Shown: positions 37,985-48,168 of the stretch, in pieces
Numbering within the stretch: position 1 is the stretch's first letter
Layout: each line of letters starts with the position of its first letter
Origin: Candidatus Solibacter sp.
Lineage (GTDB): Bacteria > Chloroflexota > Dormibacteria > DASZGP01
Assembly: GCA_035569605.1 (NCBI GenBank)
Contig: DATMMS010000005.1
Location: forward strand, 355,262 to 419,261
DNA: 64,000 bases
Direction of reading: 5' to 3'
Position numbers and translations under genes: made by a program
Notes under the pieces: model-generated
What the model was told of the DNA's origin: nothing
Databases searched by the model: none
The model's input: only the letters and a program-made list of their open reading frames with translations

Positions 37985-39820
37985 CTAGGCCGGGGCGCCC
38001 GAGGCCGCGCGAGACCGCCGACGAGCCCGCTCTCCCGCGCTCAGCCACCGCTTGCGGAGCCTGATCGCCTTCGGAGTCACCTCCAGGAGCTCGTCGTCAC
38101 CGAGGAAGTCGAGGCACTGCTCCAGCGACATCTTCAGGGCCGGGGTCAGGCGCACGGCGATATCCGACGTCGAGGAGCGCACGTTGGTCTTCTGCTTCTC
38201 CTTGCAGACGTTGACTGCGATGTCCTCGCCGCGCTTGTTGAGCCCGACGATCATGCCCTCGTAGACCGGCTCGCCGGCCTCGATGAAGGTGATCCCCCGC
38301 TCTTGGGCGTTGGCCAGGCCGTAGGCCACCGCGATCCCCGGCTGCGACGCCGTGAGCACGCCGTTGCGCTGGGCGTTGAGGTCGCCCGCCCAGGGCCGGT
38401 AGCCCAGCAGCAGCGATCCCATCATCCCGTTGCCGGCGGTCAAGGTCAGGAAAACGTTGCGGAAGCCGATCAGGCCGCGGGTCGGAATGGCGTATTCCAG
38501 CCGCACCCGCGAATTCGGCTCGTACGAGATCTCGATGTTCTCGCCGCGCCTTCGCCCCAGCGCCTCGCTGATGGCTCCCACGTACTCCTCAGGGACGTCG
38601 ACCGTCAGGTGCTCCACCGGCTCCATGCGCTTGCCGTTGACCTCCTTGACGATCACCTCGGGTCGCGAGACCGCGAACTCGTAGCCCTCGCGGCGCATCG
38701 TCTCGATCAGCACGGCAAGGTGCAGCTCGCCACGGCCGCTGACAACGAATTCGTCGGCCGAGTCGGTCTCCTCGAATCGGAGCCCCAGATTCAGGTCGAG
38801 CTCCCGGAGCAGCCGGGCGCGCAGCTGGCGCGAGGTGCTGTACTGGCTCTCGCGGCCGGCGAACGGTGAGTTGTTGACACTGAAGGTCATCCGCACCGTT
38901 GGCTCCTCGATGTTGATCCGCGGTAGCGGGTCGGGATACTCCGGGTCGGCCAGGGTATCGCCGATGGCCACCTCGTCAATCCCGGTCAGGACCACGATAT
39001 CGCCGGCACGAGCCAGCTCTACAGGCTCCGTCCCCAGCCCTCGATGCAGCATCACCTTGGCGACCTTGCCCCTCACCGTGTCCTTCTCGCGGAGCACCGC
39101 CACGGTGTCGCCGGGCCGGATCTGACCGCGCGTTATGCGCCCGACCGCCAACCTCCCGGTGTAGTCGTCCCAGCCCAGGTTTGCGACCAACGCCTGGAAG
39201 CCGCCCTCCTCCTCGATGGGCGCGGGAACGTGGTGGATGATGGCCTCGAGCAGCGGCTCCAGGCTGCCGGTCATCGTCCCCGGCTCGAGGCCGGCGCGCC
39301 CCTCGCTGGCGATCGCGTAGATCACCGGGATGTCGAGCTGGTCGGCGTTCTCGGCCAGCTCCAGGAACAGGTCGTGGGCCGCCTCCAGGGCCTTGGCCGG
39401 GTCGGCGAGGGGGCGGTCGAGCTTGTTGATCACCAGGATCGGCCGGAGCCCGACCTCAAACGCCTTGCGGAGCACGAAGCGGGTCTGCGGCATCGGGCCT
39501 TCGGCGGCGTCGATCAGCAGCAGGCAGCCGTCGGCCATGTTGAGCACCCGCTCCACCTCGCCGCCGAAGTCGGCGTGGCCGGGGGTGTCGATGATGTTGA
39601 TCCAGACGTCGCCGTAGCGGATGGCGGTGTTTTTGGCCAGGATGGTGATGCCCTTTTCACGCTCGAGATCGCCTCGATCCATGATCAGCCGTCCCACCTC
39701 CTGGTTGTCCCTGAAGGTGTGGCTCTGCTTGAGGAGGGCGTCGACCAGGGTCGTCTTGCCATGGTCGACGTGGGCGATGATGGCCACGTTCCGGAGATCG
39801 TGGCGGATGCGTGAAGTCAC
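37985..39820 (-). CDS. typA: Translational GTPase TypA/BipA
   Basis: [41 protein letters not shown]-motifs; start at GTG 39820 ([14 protein letters not shown]); ORF-track start 40165 is an Arg-rich extension. Confidence 0.92.
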   Translation of the reverse strand: MTSRIRHDLRNVAIIAHVDHGKTTLVDALLKQSHTFRDNQEVGRLIMDRGDLEREKGITILAKNTAIRYGDVWINIIDTPGHADFGGEVERVLNMADGCLLLIDAAEGPMPQTRFVLRKAFEVGLRPILVINKLDRPLADPAKALEAAHDLFLELAENADQLDIPVIYAIASEGRAGLEPGTMTGSLEPLLEAIIHHVPAPIEEEGGFQALVANLGWDDYTGRLAVGRITRGQIRPGDTVAVLREKDTVRGKVAKVMLHRGLGTEPVELARAGDIVVLTGIDEVAIGDTLADPEYPDPLPRINIEEPTVRMTFSVNNSPFAGRESQYSTSRQLRARLLRELDLNLGLRFEETDSADEFVVSGRGELHLAVLIETMRREGYEFAVSRPEVIVKEVNGKRMEPVEHLTVDVPEEYVGAISEALGRRRGENIEISYEPNSRVRLEYAIPTRGLIGFRNVFLTLTAGNGMMGSLLLGYRPWAGDLNAQRNGVLTASQPGIAVAYGLANAQERGITFIEAGEPVYEGMIVGLNKRGEDIAVNVCKEKQKTNVRSSTSDIAVRLTPALKMSLEQCLDFLGDDELLEVTPKAIRLRKRWLSAGERARRRSRAASGAPA

Positions 39821-39865
39821 CCCCAAGCATATGGCCTCGCGTAACGCCGGCCGGTATCTCCCGTC

Positions 39866-40438
39866 GTGGTCCAATTCCTGCTGCGAACAAGATGGGCCAG
39901 CCGGCTGGTCACCGCCGGGCTGATTGTCGGCGCCGTGGCCGGCTGCGGCCAGGTGTCGACTGCGGCCCGCCTCACCGCCGGAGTGCTGTCGAGCTCGCTG
40001 TCCCCGTCGCCGACCGGAGATCTGTCGCCATCCCCTTCGCCGGTCCCCTCGCCGTCTGTCACCGCTGTACCGTCTCCCCCCGCGCCGCCTCCACCTCCGC
40101 CCGCACCCACCCCGGCCACGCTCCGCTTCCCCCTGGTGGCGGTGGCGGAGCCGGTCATGGGGCAAGTCGTCATCATTCCTGGCGCCGGCTCGTACCAGCT
40201 CACCATCAGCGCCCGTGGCCTGCCGCCTGGATCAGCCCACTCGGTTCATCTTCACTTTGGCTCCTGTCCCAGCACCGGCGTGCACCTGGCGGTGCTGGGC
40301 ACCTTGGTCGCGGACAGCGGGGGCTCGGGCAGCATGACCGTGACGATATCCAGGCCGTACAGCGGCAGCGGCCGCTTTGTCATCGTGTACGTTGGCCCCT
40401 CGGCGGGGGCCCTAGCGGCCTGCGCTCAGCTCGGCTGA
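39866..40438 (+). CDS. Putative lipoprotein with Pro/Ser-rich linker and C-terminal beta-rich domain
   Basis: Lipobox-like VAGCG after hydrophobic N-terminus; PSPSPVPSPS...PPAPPPPPPAP linker; domain family not assigned. Confidence 0.55.
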   Translation: MVQFLLRTRWASRLVTAGLIVGAVAGCGQVSTAARLTAGVLSSSLSPSPTGDLSPSPSPVPSPSVTAVPSPPAPPPPPPAPTPATLRFPLVAVAEPVMGQVVIIPGAGSYQLTISARGLPPGSAHSVHLHFGSCPSTGVHLAVLGTLVADSGGSGSMTVTISRPYSGSGRFVIVYVGPSAGALAACAQLG

Positions 40439-40450
40439 CCGGGCGGTTGA

Positions 40451-41359
40451 TCAGGTGAGCTTGGGTGCCTCCACCGGCGCCCGGGCGATGACGCCCACCG
40501 CGAGCAGCACCAGGACGCCGCCGAGGAGCTGGGTCGGTCCCAACAGCTCGGCGAAAAAGACTGCCGCCAGCGCCGCGGTTGAGACCGGCTCGAGAGTGCT
40601 GATCAAGGAGGCTCGGCCAGGATCGGTGAGGCGCAGGCCGGCGAGGAAGGCACCAGCGCCTACCACCGTCGAAATCAGCGCCAGCCCCAGCACCGCAAGC
40701 CAGGCCGCCGGGTCGCCCGGCGCCGCGTAGCTGCCACTCCCCAGGCCGAATCCCAGGAAGGCCAGCCCCGCCGAGATCGAGATCACCGCCGTCGCCAGCC
40801 ATGGGTCCACGCTCTCGAGCACGCGCTTGCCAGTAAGGATGTAGGCGCTGTAGAAGACCGCCGAGAGCAGTCCCAGCGCCACACCCTCGACACGCAGCCC
40901 GCCGTGCGGGCTGGCGACCAGGACGGTCCCGCCGATGGCGGCCGCCAGCGCGATCAGGCGCGACCGCGTCAGCGGGATGCCATAGATCGGGCGGCTGAGG
41001 ACGGTGACGATCACCGGGTAGGTGTAAAGCAGGATGCTGGTGACCGCTGCCGGAACGAACCTGATGCTGTTGAAGTAGGCGGTCGACTGGGCCGCGTACC
41101 CCACAGCCCCCAGCAGCACCAGCATCCCCAGCGTCGACCGGCCGGGCATTGAAACACCGCGCAACAGAGAGATCGAGGCCAGGATCAGGCCGGCTACCAG
41201 GAACCGGGTCGCCAGCAGGCTCTGCACGTTCATCCCGTGGGCGTAGGCAAACCGCCCGAAGATGGGCAGCGCGCCAAACGACACCGCTGACGTGACCAGC
41301 AGCAGGTCGGCGCGGGCGTCGCGGCGACGAGGTGTGGTGGCGATCGCCGGGTTGCCCAT
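40451..41359 (-). CDS. EamA-family (DMT superfamily) transporter
   Basis: 10-TM profile with duplicated EamA-like halves; start approximate (ATG 41359 or 41374). Confidence 0.75.
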   Translation of the reverse strand: MGNPAIATTPRRRDARADLLLVTSAVSFGALPIFGRFAYAHGMNVQSLLATRFLVAGLILASISLLRGVSMPGRSTLGMLVLLGAVGYAAQSTAYFNSIRFVPAAVTSILLYTYPVIVTVLSRPIYGIPLTRSRLIALAAAIGGTVLVASPHGGLRVEGVALGLLSAVFYSAYILTGKRVLESVDPWLATAVISISAGLAFLGFGLGSGSYAAPGDPAAWLAVLGLALISTVVGAGAFLAGLRLTDPGRASLISTLEPVSTAALAAVFFAELLGPTQLLGGVLVLLAVGVIARAPVEAPKLT

Positions 41360-41449
41360 ACTTCTCTGGAGCATATGAGTCGAGGGATTGTCGAGATCGA
41401 AAGGGCGGCTGTCGACGCCGTCAGCGGCAGGCCGCCGTCGCCTGCCGCC

Positions 41450-42871
41450 ATGATCCGCTCCCGGGTGTCCGGCGTAAGCGCGTATCAGCGTGGCCTGGTC
41501 GCGATAACCGCGCTGGCCCTGCTCGCGAGGACGGTGCTACTGGGGACGGTCCCTCGGTTCTGGGGCGACGAGGCCTTCAACGCTGTCCAGGTCCGCAAGC
41601 CGCTGCTGTCGATGCTCGACGTTGTCCGCCACGACAGCCACCCGCCGTTGATCTACCTCCTGCAAGCGCTTATCGCCACGGTTTCCACTTCGCCCGCCGC
41701 GCTGCGCCTGGTCTCCGCGCTGGCGGGCACCGCCGCGGTCCTGCTGTCGGCGGCCGTCGGCCGGCGCCTTGCCGGCGACCGCGCCGGCCTACTGGCCGCC
41801 GCGGTCCTGGCGGCCTTCCCCGGCTACCTGCTGTCTTCGCGTGACGCGCGCGGCTACGCGCTGGCGATGGCGCTGGTGCTGGCGGCGTCGCTGACCCTGT
41901 GGCGGGCGATCGAGCGTCCCACCCGAGGCCGGCTGGCGGTGTACGGCGTTTGCGTCGCGGGCGCCGTGTACACCCACTACTTCGCGGTCCCGGCGGTGGG
42001 TGTCCAGCTGGTGGTGGCGCTGTGGGCGTTTCGGCCTGGAAAGCGGGTCGCCGCCAGGCTGGTGATCGCGGCCGGACTGGGCGGCCTGACCCTGGTGCCC
42101 TGGCTGGCGGTGGCGACGGCCCAGTTCCAGCACGCCGGCTCCTCCTTCTGGGTCGCGCCGATACACTTCGGCTCGCTACTCGCCGACCTGTGGACCCGGG
42201 TCGGGCAGACCCCCGGCGAGGAGCTGACGACGCTGGGGACCTTGCTTGGCGAGGCCGCCCTGGTCCCGTTGGTGGTGGTGCTCTATCGCCGCGCCGATCC
42301 TGCCCGCCGCCCAGCCGTCCTCTATCTGTTGGGGTGCGCCCTGGTGCCGACGGCGGCGCTGCTGGCGGCCAGCCTGGTAAAGCCGGTATACGACACCCGG
42401 TTTGTGCTCATCTTCTGGGGACCCGGAGAAGCCGTCGTCGGCGCCAGCCTGGCCGTGATCCCCTGGCGCTGGGTGGCGCCCGCCGTGTGCATCGGGTTGG
42501 TGATGGCGTCGGTCCTGAGCCTGTCCCAGATCCAGCGACCCGACTTTGAGGCGGTGGCGGCTCCGCTGAAGGGGCATGTACAGCCCGGCGACGTGGTCGC
42601 GCTGAACGGCGCAGACCACTACTTCTCGATCGCATATGCGGTCGATGACGCCACGGCCCGCCGGATGGTGGTCGTCGCCGATGACATCCCGTGGTATTTC
42701 GGCACCGCCGGCTATCCGCCCGGCACCCAGGTGCACGCAATCCCCAACGTGCCCGGAAGGATCTACCTGGTGACCGACGAGGGACGCCGGCTGCCACGGA
42801 TCCCTTCCGGCTTCAAACTGGCCAGCAGCTCCTGCCATGGGGGAGTCTGCGTGGACGCGTACGCCCGCTGA
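41450..42871 (+). CDS. GT-C fold glycosyltransferase, family 39-like (PMT_2/ArnT-like)
   Basis: N-terminal TM cluster with conserved Asp-containing loop (FWGDEAFNAV...HDSHPPLIYLL); start approximate (ATG 41375 would abut the divergent EamA start). Confidence 0.7.
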   Translation: MIRSRVSGVSAYQRGLVAITALALLARTVLLGTVPRFWGDEAFNAVQVRKPLLSMLDVVRHDSHPPLIYLLQALIATVSTSPAALRLVSALAGTAAVLLSAAVGRRLAGDRAGLLAAAVLAAFPGYLLSSRDARGYALAMALVLAASLTLWRAIERPTRGRLAVYGVCVAGAVYTHYFAVPAVGVQLVVALWAFRPGKRVAARLVIAAGLGGLTLVPWLAVATAQFQHAGSSFWVAPIHFGSLLADLWTRVGQTPGEELTTLGTLLGEAALVPLVVVLYRRADPARRPAVLYLLGCALVPTAALLAASLVKPVYDTRFVLIFWGPGEAVVGASLAVIPWRWVAPAVCIGLVMASVLSLSQIQRPDFEAVAAPLKGHVQPGDVVALNGADHYFSIAYAVDDATARRMVVVADDIPWYFGTAGYPPGTQVHAIPNVPGRIYLVTDEGRRLPRIPSGFKLASSSCHGGVCVDAYAR

Positions 42872-42903
42872 CCGTCGCCGGTAGAGCCCTGCCCCGCTGG
42901 GTC

Positions 42904-44358
42904 GTGCCCGCCATCGCGGTGGCCTTGGTGGCGGCGGCGCTGGCGGTGCGGCTCGTCGATCTGCAGTCCCAGCCCGGAGGGCTGTACCCAGACGAAGGCG
43001 CCGAGGCCCTGGACGCCTACCGGCTGCTCCACGTGCCTGGATTCCACCCCGTTTTCTTCCACGACGACGGCGGCCGCGAGGCCCTCTACGCGTACGTGGT
43101 CGCGGTTGCTTTCAGGATCGCCGGCGCCTCTGTCCTGGTGCTGAGAAGCGTCTCCGTGGCGATCGGTGTGCTCGCGGTGGCGGCCCTATACCCGGCGCTG
43201 CGGCGGTTCGGGCCGGCTGTGACCCTCGCCGGCATGGCCTGGGCGGCAGGAGCCCTGTGGTTGATCTGTATCTCACGCGACGGCATGCGCAACGTCCTGG
43301 TACCGCTGTTTGGCGCCTTGCTGCTGTGGGCCCTGGTGCGCTGGGCCGACCGGCCGGCGCGGGGCGCCGCGCTGCTCGCGGGCGCGATAGCCGGCGCCGG
43401 GTTGTGGACCTACCAACCCCTCAAGCTGGCCCCCATCCTGGTCGTGCTCTGGCTGCTCTGGCTTCGACACGCCAACCACGAGCGCTACCTGCGGATGCGG
43501 TCAGGCCTCGGATGGTTCGCGCTCGCCTACGCCATCGCCGGCGCGCCGATGCTGCTGACCGCGGTAATGGACCCCGTCAACTACTTCGGTCGCGCCGCTG
43601 GGGTCTCGCCGCTCAACCCGGCCAACTCCGGGATCGGATTCGTCGACCACACCCTCCGGACGCTGGGGATGTTTGTGTTCGCCGGTGACCCCAACCCACG
43701 ACACGACGTCGGGTCCCTTCCCCTGTTGGGGTGGCCATTGTTCGGGCTGGCATGCCTGGGCGCCTGGAGCGCCTGGACGCGGCGGCACGACCCCGGTTAC
43801 GCGCTGGTCCTGTTGGGAGTGCCGGTCTTCCTGCTGCCCCCCCTACTGGGCATCGACGGCGGGGTGCCCCACTTCCTTCGCAGCCTGGGGCTGGCGCCGT
43901 TCCTCGCCGCCCTGGTCGGCATGGGAGCTGCTCTCCTGATCGACTTGTCCCGGCGGCGACCCGGACCCTGGCCCCGGGTCCTTGCCGTCGCCTCCCTGGC
44001 GGTACTCCTTGCCGTCGTTGGCGCAGGTAGCTGGATCGCCTACTTCTCCCGCCCCCAGAGCGCCCGGTACCAGGCTTTTGCATACGACGTGGTTGCCCTG
44101 GCGAACGCCGCCGGTCCCCGGGACGCCGTGGTCGTCGACGACTACAACCGGATCGATGTCGAGTTCCTCGACGCAGGCCGGCCGACCCGGATTTTCCAGC
44201 ACGGCGTCCCTCTGACCGACCCCGGCCGGTACGCCCAGGTCCTTGCTCTCAGCAGGCAGGACTTGGAGGTGGCGCTGGGTCCGGCGGTGGCGGCCAGAGC
44301 CCGAGTTGTCTCGACGACCCCGGCCGGCAGACCGGCGGTTTGGTCGGTGGCCCCGTAG
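42904..44358 (+). CDS. GT-C fold glycosyltransferase, family 39-like, second paralog
   Basis: GGLYPDEGAEALDAYRLL...VFFHDDGGREALY loop motif and polytopic profile; frame is open upstream into previous gene; start set at first GTG after its stop, uncertain. Confidence 0.65.
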   Translation: MPAIAVALVAAALAVRLVDLQSQPGGLYPDEGAEALDAYRLLHVPGFHPVFFHDDGGREALYAYVVAVAFRIAGASVLVLRSVSVAIGVLAVAALYPALRRFGPAVTLAGMAWAAGALWLICISRDGMRNVLVPLFGALLLWALVRWADRPARGAALLAGAIAGAGLWTYQPLKLAPILVVLWLLWLRHANHERYLRMRSGLGWFALAYAIAGAPMLLTAVMDPVNYFGRAAGVSPLNPANSGIGFVDHTLRTLGMFVFAGDPNPRHDVGSLPLLGWPLFGLACLGAWSAWTRRHDPGYALVLLGVPVFLLPPLLGIDGGVPHFLRSLGLAPFLAALVGMGAALLIDLSRRRPGPWPRVLAVASLAVLLAVVGAGSWIAYFSRPQSARYQAFAYDVVALANAAGPRDAVVVDDYNRIDVEFLDAGRPTRIFQHGVPLTDPGRYAQVLALSRQDLEVALGPAVAARARVVSTTPAGRPAVWSVAP

Positions 44359-44535
44359 ATTCCACCGACGGCACCCGGTCCGACGTTAAGGGGAGGTTAA
44401 CTCGTAAAGGAGGCCATTAATTAGGGGTCTCCCCAGGCGCCGGGATGATGGCAGAATGGGGCGCGAGGGGACAGGAAACACCAATGCATACAGCCTCAAG
44501 CCCCCCACACCGGCGGGCCAACAGCAAGGTAGCCC

Positions 44536-47500
44536 GTGCCTGACGGCGTCGACCGCGTCGCTGGGGCTGACCACACGAACGCGGAATCGACCGACGAGGA
44601 TGAATTCTCTGTCCCGACGGGCGATCCCGAGCAACTGCTGAGCGTCCTCTTCACCGACCTCGTCGGCTCGACCGAGCTGTCGGGCCGGATTGGCGATGCC
44701 GAGTCGGCGGAGTTGATGGAGGAACTCAACGGGCTGCTGGCGCGTCAGTTCGAGCGATTTGCTGGTCGTGTCGTGAAGAGCACCGGCGATGGTTTCCTGG
44801 TGACGTTCACCTCGGTTCGGAAGTCGATCGCCTGCGCGCTGGCGATCCAGCAGGCGATGGCGGAGCGGAACCGCCGCCGGGCAGGCCAGCCACTCACGAT
44901 CCGCATCGGCATCAACGCCGGTGAGGTGTCGATCGGACGCCACGACGTGCACGGATCAGCCGTCAACGCCGCCGCCCGGATCGTGGACAAAGCCGAGCCG
45001 GGAGAGGTGCTGGTATCGGAGACGGTCAAGCAGCTTGGCGGCAGTACATCGGGAATCGAGTTTTCCGACCGCGGCCGGGTGCGACTCAAGGGCTTCGAAG
45101 ACCGCTGGCGCGTTTACCGCGTCTGCCTCACAGAGGACGCCGCATCCACGGCGCCCGTGGTGCCGGCGCGAACAGCGTTCGTGGGCCGTGAGCAGGAGAC
45201 GGCGGCTCTTACGCGCAGGCTCGAGCTGGCGCTGGGCGGCCAGGGCGGGCTGGTGATGATCGGCGGCGAGCCCGGTGTGGGCAAGACCCGGCTCAGCAAG
45301 GAGCTCGCGGCGATCGCCGCCAAGCGGGGCATGCGCGTCCTCACCGGCCACTGCTACGAGACCGCAGGCACCCCTCCATACGTTCCCTTTGTCGAAATCC
45401 TGGAGACCAGCCTGGTCGAAGCCGGCGCCCAGGGGTTCCGAGTGGCACTCGGTGAGGGCGCGGCCGAGGTGGCCCGCATCATGCCCGAGCTGCGACGAGT
45501 CTTCCCGGATCTTCCCCCACCGCTGCAACTCCCTCCCGAGCACGAGCGTCACTACCTGCTCAACAGCCTCACCGGCATCGTCACCCGTGCGGCTTCGCGC
45601 GGTCCGCTGCTGATGATCGTCGAGGATCTACATTGGGCCGACGAGCCCACCCTGCTGCTGGTGCAGAACCTCGCCGAACGGCTGGTCGACGCCCCCGTCC
45701 TGATCGTGGGCACTCATCGGGACAGCCACGTCGACATCGGCGAGCCGCTGACCCGAACCCTGGAAGCACTCCACCGGCGGCGGCTGGTCCACAGGATGGC
45801 TCTCAAGGGACTCGACCGTGAGGGCGTCCGGGCCATGCTTGTGGCCCTCGCCGGGCAGCAGTTTCCCGAAGGCCTGGTGGAGTCGATATTCGACGAGACG
45901 GAGGGCAACGCCTTCTTCGTCGAGGAGGTGTTTCGGTTCCTGGTCGAAAACGACCGGCTGTACGACCAGTCGGGCCGGTTCTTCGACGCAATCGCGCTGG
46001 GCGAGCTGGACGTGCCCGAAGGCGTGCGGCTGGTGATCGGCCGCCGCCTGGAGAACCTGAACGCCGAGGATCGTGAATCCCTGGCCGCGGCTGCGCTGAT
46101 TGGCCGGTGGTTCAGTTTCAAGCTGCTCCAGGAAGTGGCCGACAGTGACGCCGACACGCTCCTTGACGGGATCGACAAAGCCGAGGCGGCCGGACTGTTG
46201 GTGCCGTCGACCGAGGCCGGCCAGGCGCGTTTCAGCTTCGCCCACGAGCTGATAAGGCAGACATTGGTGACGGGGCTGTCGCCGGCTCGACGGCAGCGAA
46301 TCCATCTCCGCATCGCTGACGCGCTGGAGCGTATGCATTCGGACAACATCGACAACCGGGTCGCTGAGATCGCCCACCACCTCGCCAGCGCGGGCGAAGC
46401 CGCCGAGGCCGAGCGGACCGCGGGGTACCTGGTGCGCGCCGGCGATCGGGCGCTCGGCGCGGCAGCCTTCGAGGACGCCCTGCGGCTGTACGAGCAGGCA
46501 GTCGCGATTCTGCCCCCAGACAGTCCCGCGGGGGCCGACGCGCGGAGGCAGCTGGGTATGGCCCAGCGCTGCCTCGGGCGATGGGACGAGGCGATGGCGT
46601 CCTGGGAGCTGTGCCTGGCGACCTATGAGCGTCTCGGCGACGCCGACGCCATCGGGCTGCTCTGCCGGATCGCCGCCATTCAGCTGTCCTGGCAGGCCCG
46701 ATTCCGAGACGCCCTCCACCTGGCTGCCAAGGGACTGGCGGCGCTGGGCGAGCGGTCGACTCCCGACCGTGCCCGCTTGATGTGCTTCACCGGTGGCACC
46801 ATGTCGCTTGCCGGCGACGCCGCCCAGGGCGAGATGATGACCACCGAGGGAACCCGGATCGCGACCGAGCTGAACGAGCCCGGAGCGATCGCGTACGCGA
46901 TGTACATCCGCACCGTGCATCTCTTCGCATCGATGCGCTACCCCGAGGCGGTCGCGGTCGGCACCGCCGCCGAGCCGCTTCAACTGGCGATCGGCAACGC
47001 CTGGGACCTGGCCAGCCTCAAGGCGCACATCGCCCAGTCGCAGCTGGGCATGGCGGCCTTCGAGGACTGCGAAGCAACCGCTGACGCACTGGCCGAGCTG
47101 GCGGGGCGGATCAGCCACCTGGGGGCTTCGATGTACGCGCCGCGCCTGCGCGCTTCGATCGCCTTCATGCGCAGCGGCGACATATCGGCCTGGCGCCGGT
47201 TCGCCGAGGCGGACCTCGACTTCATGGACAGGCACGACCTTCCCCTGATCGCGGACTGCAGCACCTATCTCGGCCTCGCCGATTTCTGGGCCGGCAGCTG
47301 GGACAGCGCCCTGGAGCTGATGAGCACCGGCGTGGCCGGCGAACGGCCGGGGGCGATCGGGGGCAACGGGGCGATCCTGGCCGTCTATCAGGCCTACGCG
47401 GGCGACCTCCACGAGGCGCTGGCCCTGGTGGACACCCACGCCGGCCGGCGGCCGGTTCATGGGGCGCTCAGCGGACGCGGCGCCTGGACCGAGCTGTTCT

Positions 47501-47880
47501 GCGACGTGGAGACGCTGGCCGTCGCCGGTGAGCACGCCAGGGCAGCCGAGCTCTACCCGTTATTGGCCGAGGCCCTCGCGTCCAGGGTCGTGATCAGGCC
47601 TCTTGACTCGCGCCTGATCGAAACCCTGGCCGGCATAGCCGCGGCCTCGGGCGAGGACTGGCCGGCGGCAGCTACCCATTTTGAGACGGCCATCAGGCTG
47701 GCAGCCGAACTTCCGGCAAGACTGGAGGCCGCCGACGCCCGCCGCTTCTACGCCTTGATGCTCGAGACCCAGGGAGCGCAGAGCTCACTGGAGAAGGCGC
47801 GGCAGCTCCGGGCTGAGGCGCGCGACATCTACCTGTCGATGGAGATGCCCCGCCACGCTGAGATGGTGGCGGGGCCCTAG
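44536..47880 (+). CDS. Multidomain protein: class III nucleotidyl cyclase domain + P-loop NTPase (AAA_16/STAND-like) + TPR-like helical repeats
   Basis: 1114 aa; cyclase blocks FTDLVGSTE / KSTGDGFLVTF / HGSAVNAAARI; Walker A GGEPGVGKT, Walker B-like LLMIVEDLHWAD; long helical C-terminus; GTG start with AAGGTAG RBS. Confidence 0.85.
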   Translation: MPDGVDRVAGADHTNAESTDEDEFSVPTGDPEQLLSVLFTDLVGSTELSGRIGDAESAELMEELNGLLARQFERFAGRVVKSTGDGFLVTFTSVRKSIACALAIQQAMAERNRRRAGQPLTIRIGINAGEVSIGRHDVHGSAVNAAARIVDKAEPGEVLVSETVKQLGGSTSGIEFSDRGRVRLKGFEDRWRVYRVCLTEDAASTAPVVPARTAFVGREQETAALTRRLELALGGQGGLVMIGGEPGVGKTRLSKELAAIAAKRGMRVLTGHCYETAGTPPYVPFVEILETSLVEAGAQGFRVALGEGAAEVARIMPELRRVFPDLPPPLQLPPEHERHYLLNSLTGIVTRAASRGPLLMIVEDLHWADEPTLLLVQNLAERLVDAPVLIVGTHRDSHVDIGEPLTRTLEALHRRRLVHRMALKGLDREGVRAMLVALAGQQFPEGLVESIFDETEGNAFFVEEVFRFLVENDRLYDQSGRFFDAIALGELDVPEGVRLVIGRRLENLNAEDRESLAAAALIGRWFSFKLLQEVADSDADTLLDGIDKAEAAGLLVPSTEAGQARFSFAHELIRQTLVTGLSPARRQRIHLRIADALERMHSDNIDNRVAEIAHHLASAGEAAEAERTAGYLVRAGDRALGAAAFEDALRLYEQAVAILPPDSPAGADARRQLGMAQRCLGRWDEAMASWELCLATYERLGDADAIGLLCRIAAIQLSWQARFRDALHLAAKGLAALGERSTPDRARLMCFTGGTMSLAGDAAQGEMMTTEGTRIATELNEPGAIAYAMYIRTVHLFASMRYPEAVAVGTAAEPLQLAIGNAWDLASLKAHIAQSQLGMAAFEDCEATADALAELAGRISHLGASMYAPRLRASIAFMRSGDISAWRRFAEADLDFMDRHDLPLIADCSTYLGLADFWAGSWDSALELMSTGVAGERPGAIGGNGAILAVYQAYAGDLHEALALVDTHAGRRPVHGALSGRGAWTELFCDVETLAVAGEHARAAELYPLLAEALASRVVIRPLDSRLIETLAGIAAASGEDWPAAATHFETAIRLAAELPARLEAADARRFYALMLETQGAQSSLEKARQLRAEARDIYLSMEMPRHAEMVAGP

Positions 47881-47889
47881 GATCCGGCT

Positions 47890-48168
47890 TTAGCCTTCTC
47901 TTGAGAGCCGCGCGGCGACCAGCGCCCGCAGCGTCTCGATTTCGCGTCCGACGGTGTCCAGCTCACCCTTCAGGCGGTTGGCCTGGCGCGCCGCCTTCTC
48001 GGCGGCGACCTTGGCCTCCTCCCCGGCCGAAGCCAGGGGCGCCTCTTTGATGGTTCGCTTCAGCTGCTGAGCCAAGCGGTCGTAGGTCGGGGTGAGAAGC
48101 TCGATTCGCCTGCGCAATGCCGACACCTGTCCCGGCATCAGGACCTCATCCACTCCCCGGCTATTCAC
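47890..48168 (-). CDS. Hypothetical small coiled-coil protein
   Basis: 92 aa; start overlaps csp stop by 4 bp. Confidence 0.4.
   Translation of the reverse strand: MNSRGVDEVLMPGQVSALRRRIELLTPTYDRLAQQLKRTIKEAPLASAGEEAKVAAEKAARQANRLKGELDTVGREIETLRALVAARLSREG

Noticed and set aside
39821-40165. N-terminal extension of typA ORF (726 aa as listed)
   Set aside because: Extension is Arg/Gly-rich garbage overlapping the plus-strand lipoprotein gene; conserved TypA N-terminus begins at GTG 39820.
45628-47535. 635-aa minus-strand ORF antisense to the cyclase-NTPase-TPR gene
   Set aside because: Plus-strand gene has clear catalytic motifs; antisense ORF has none.
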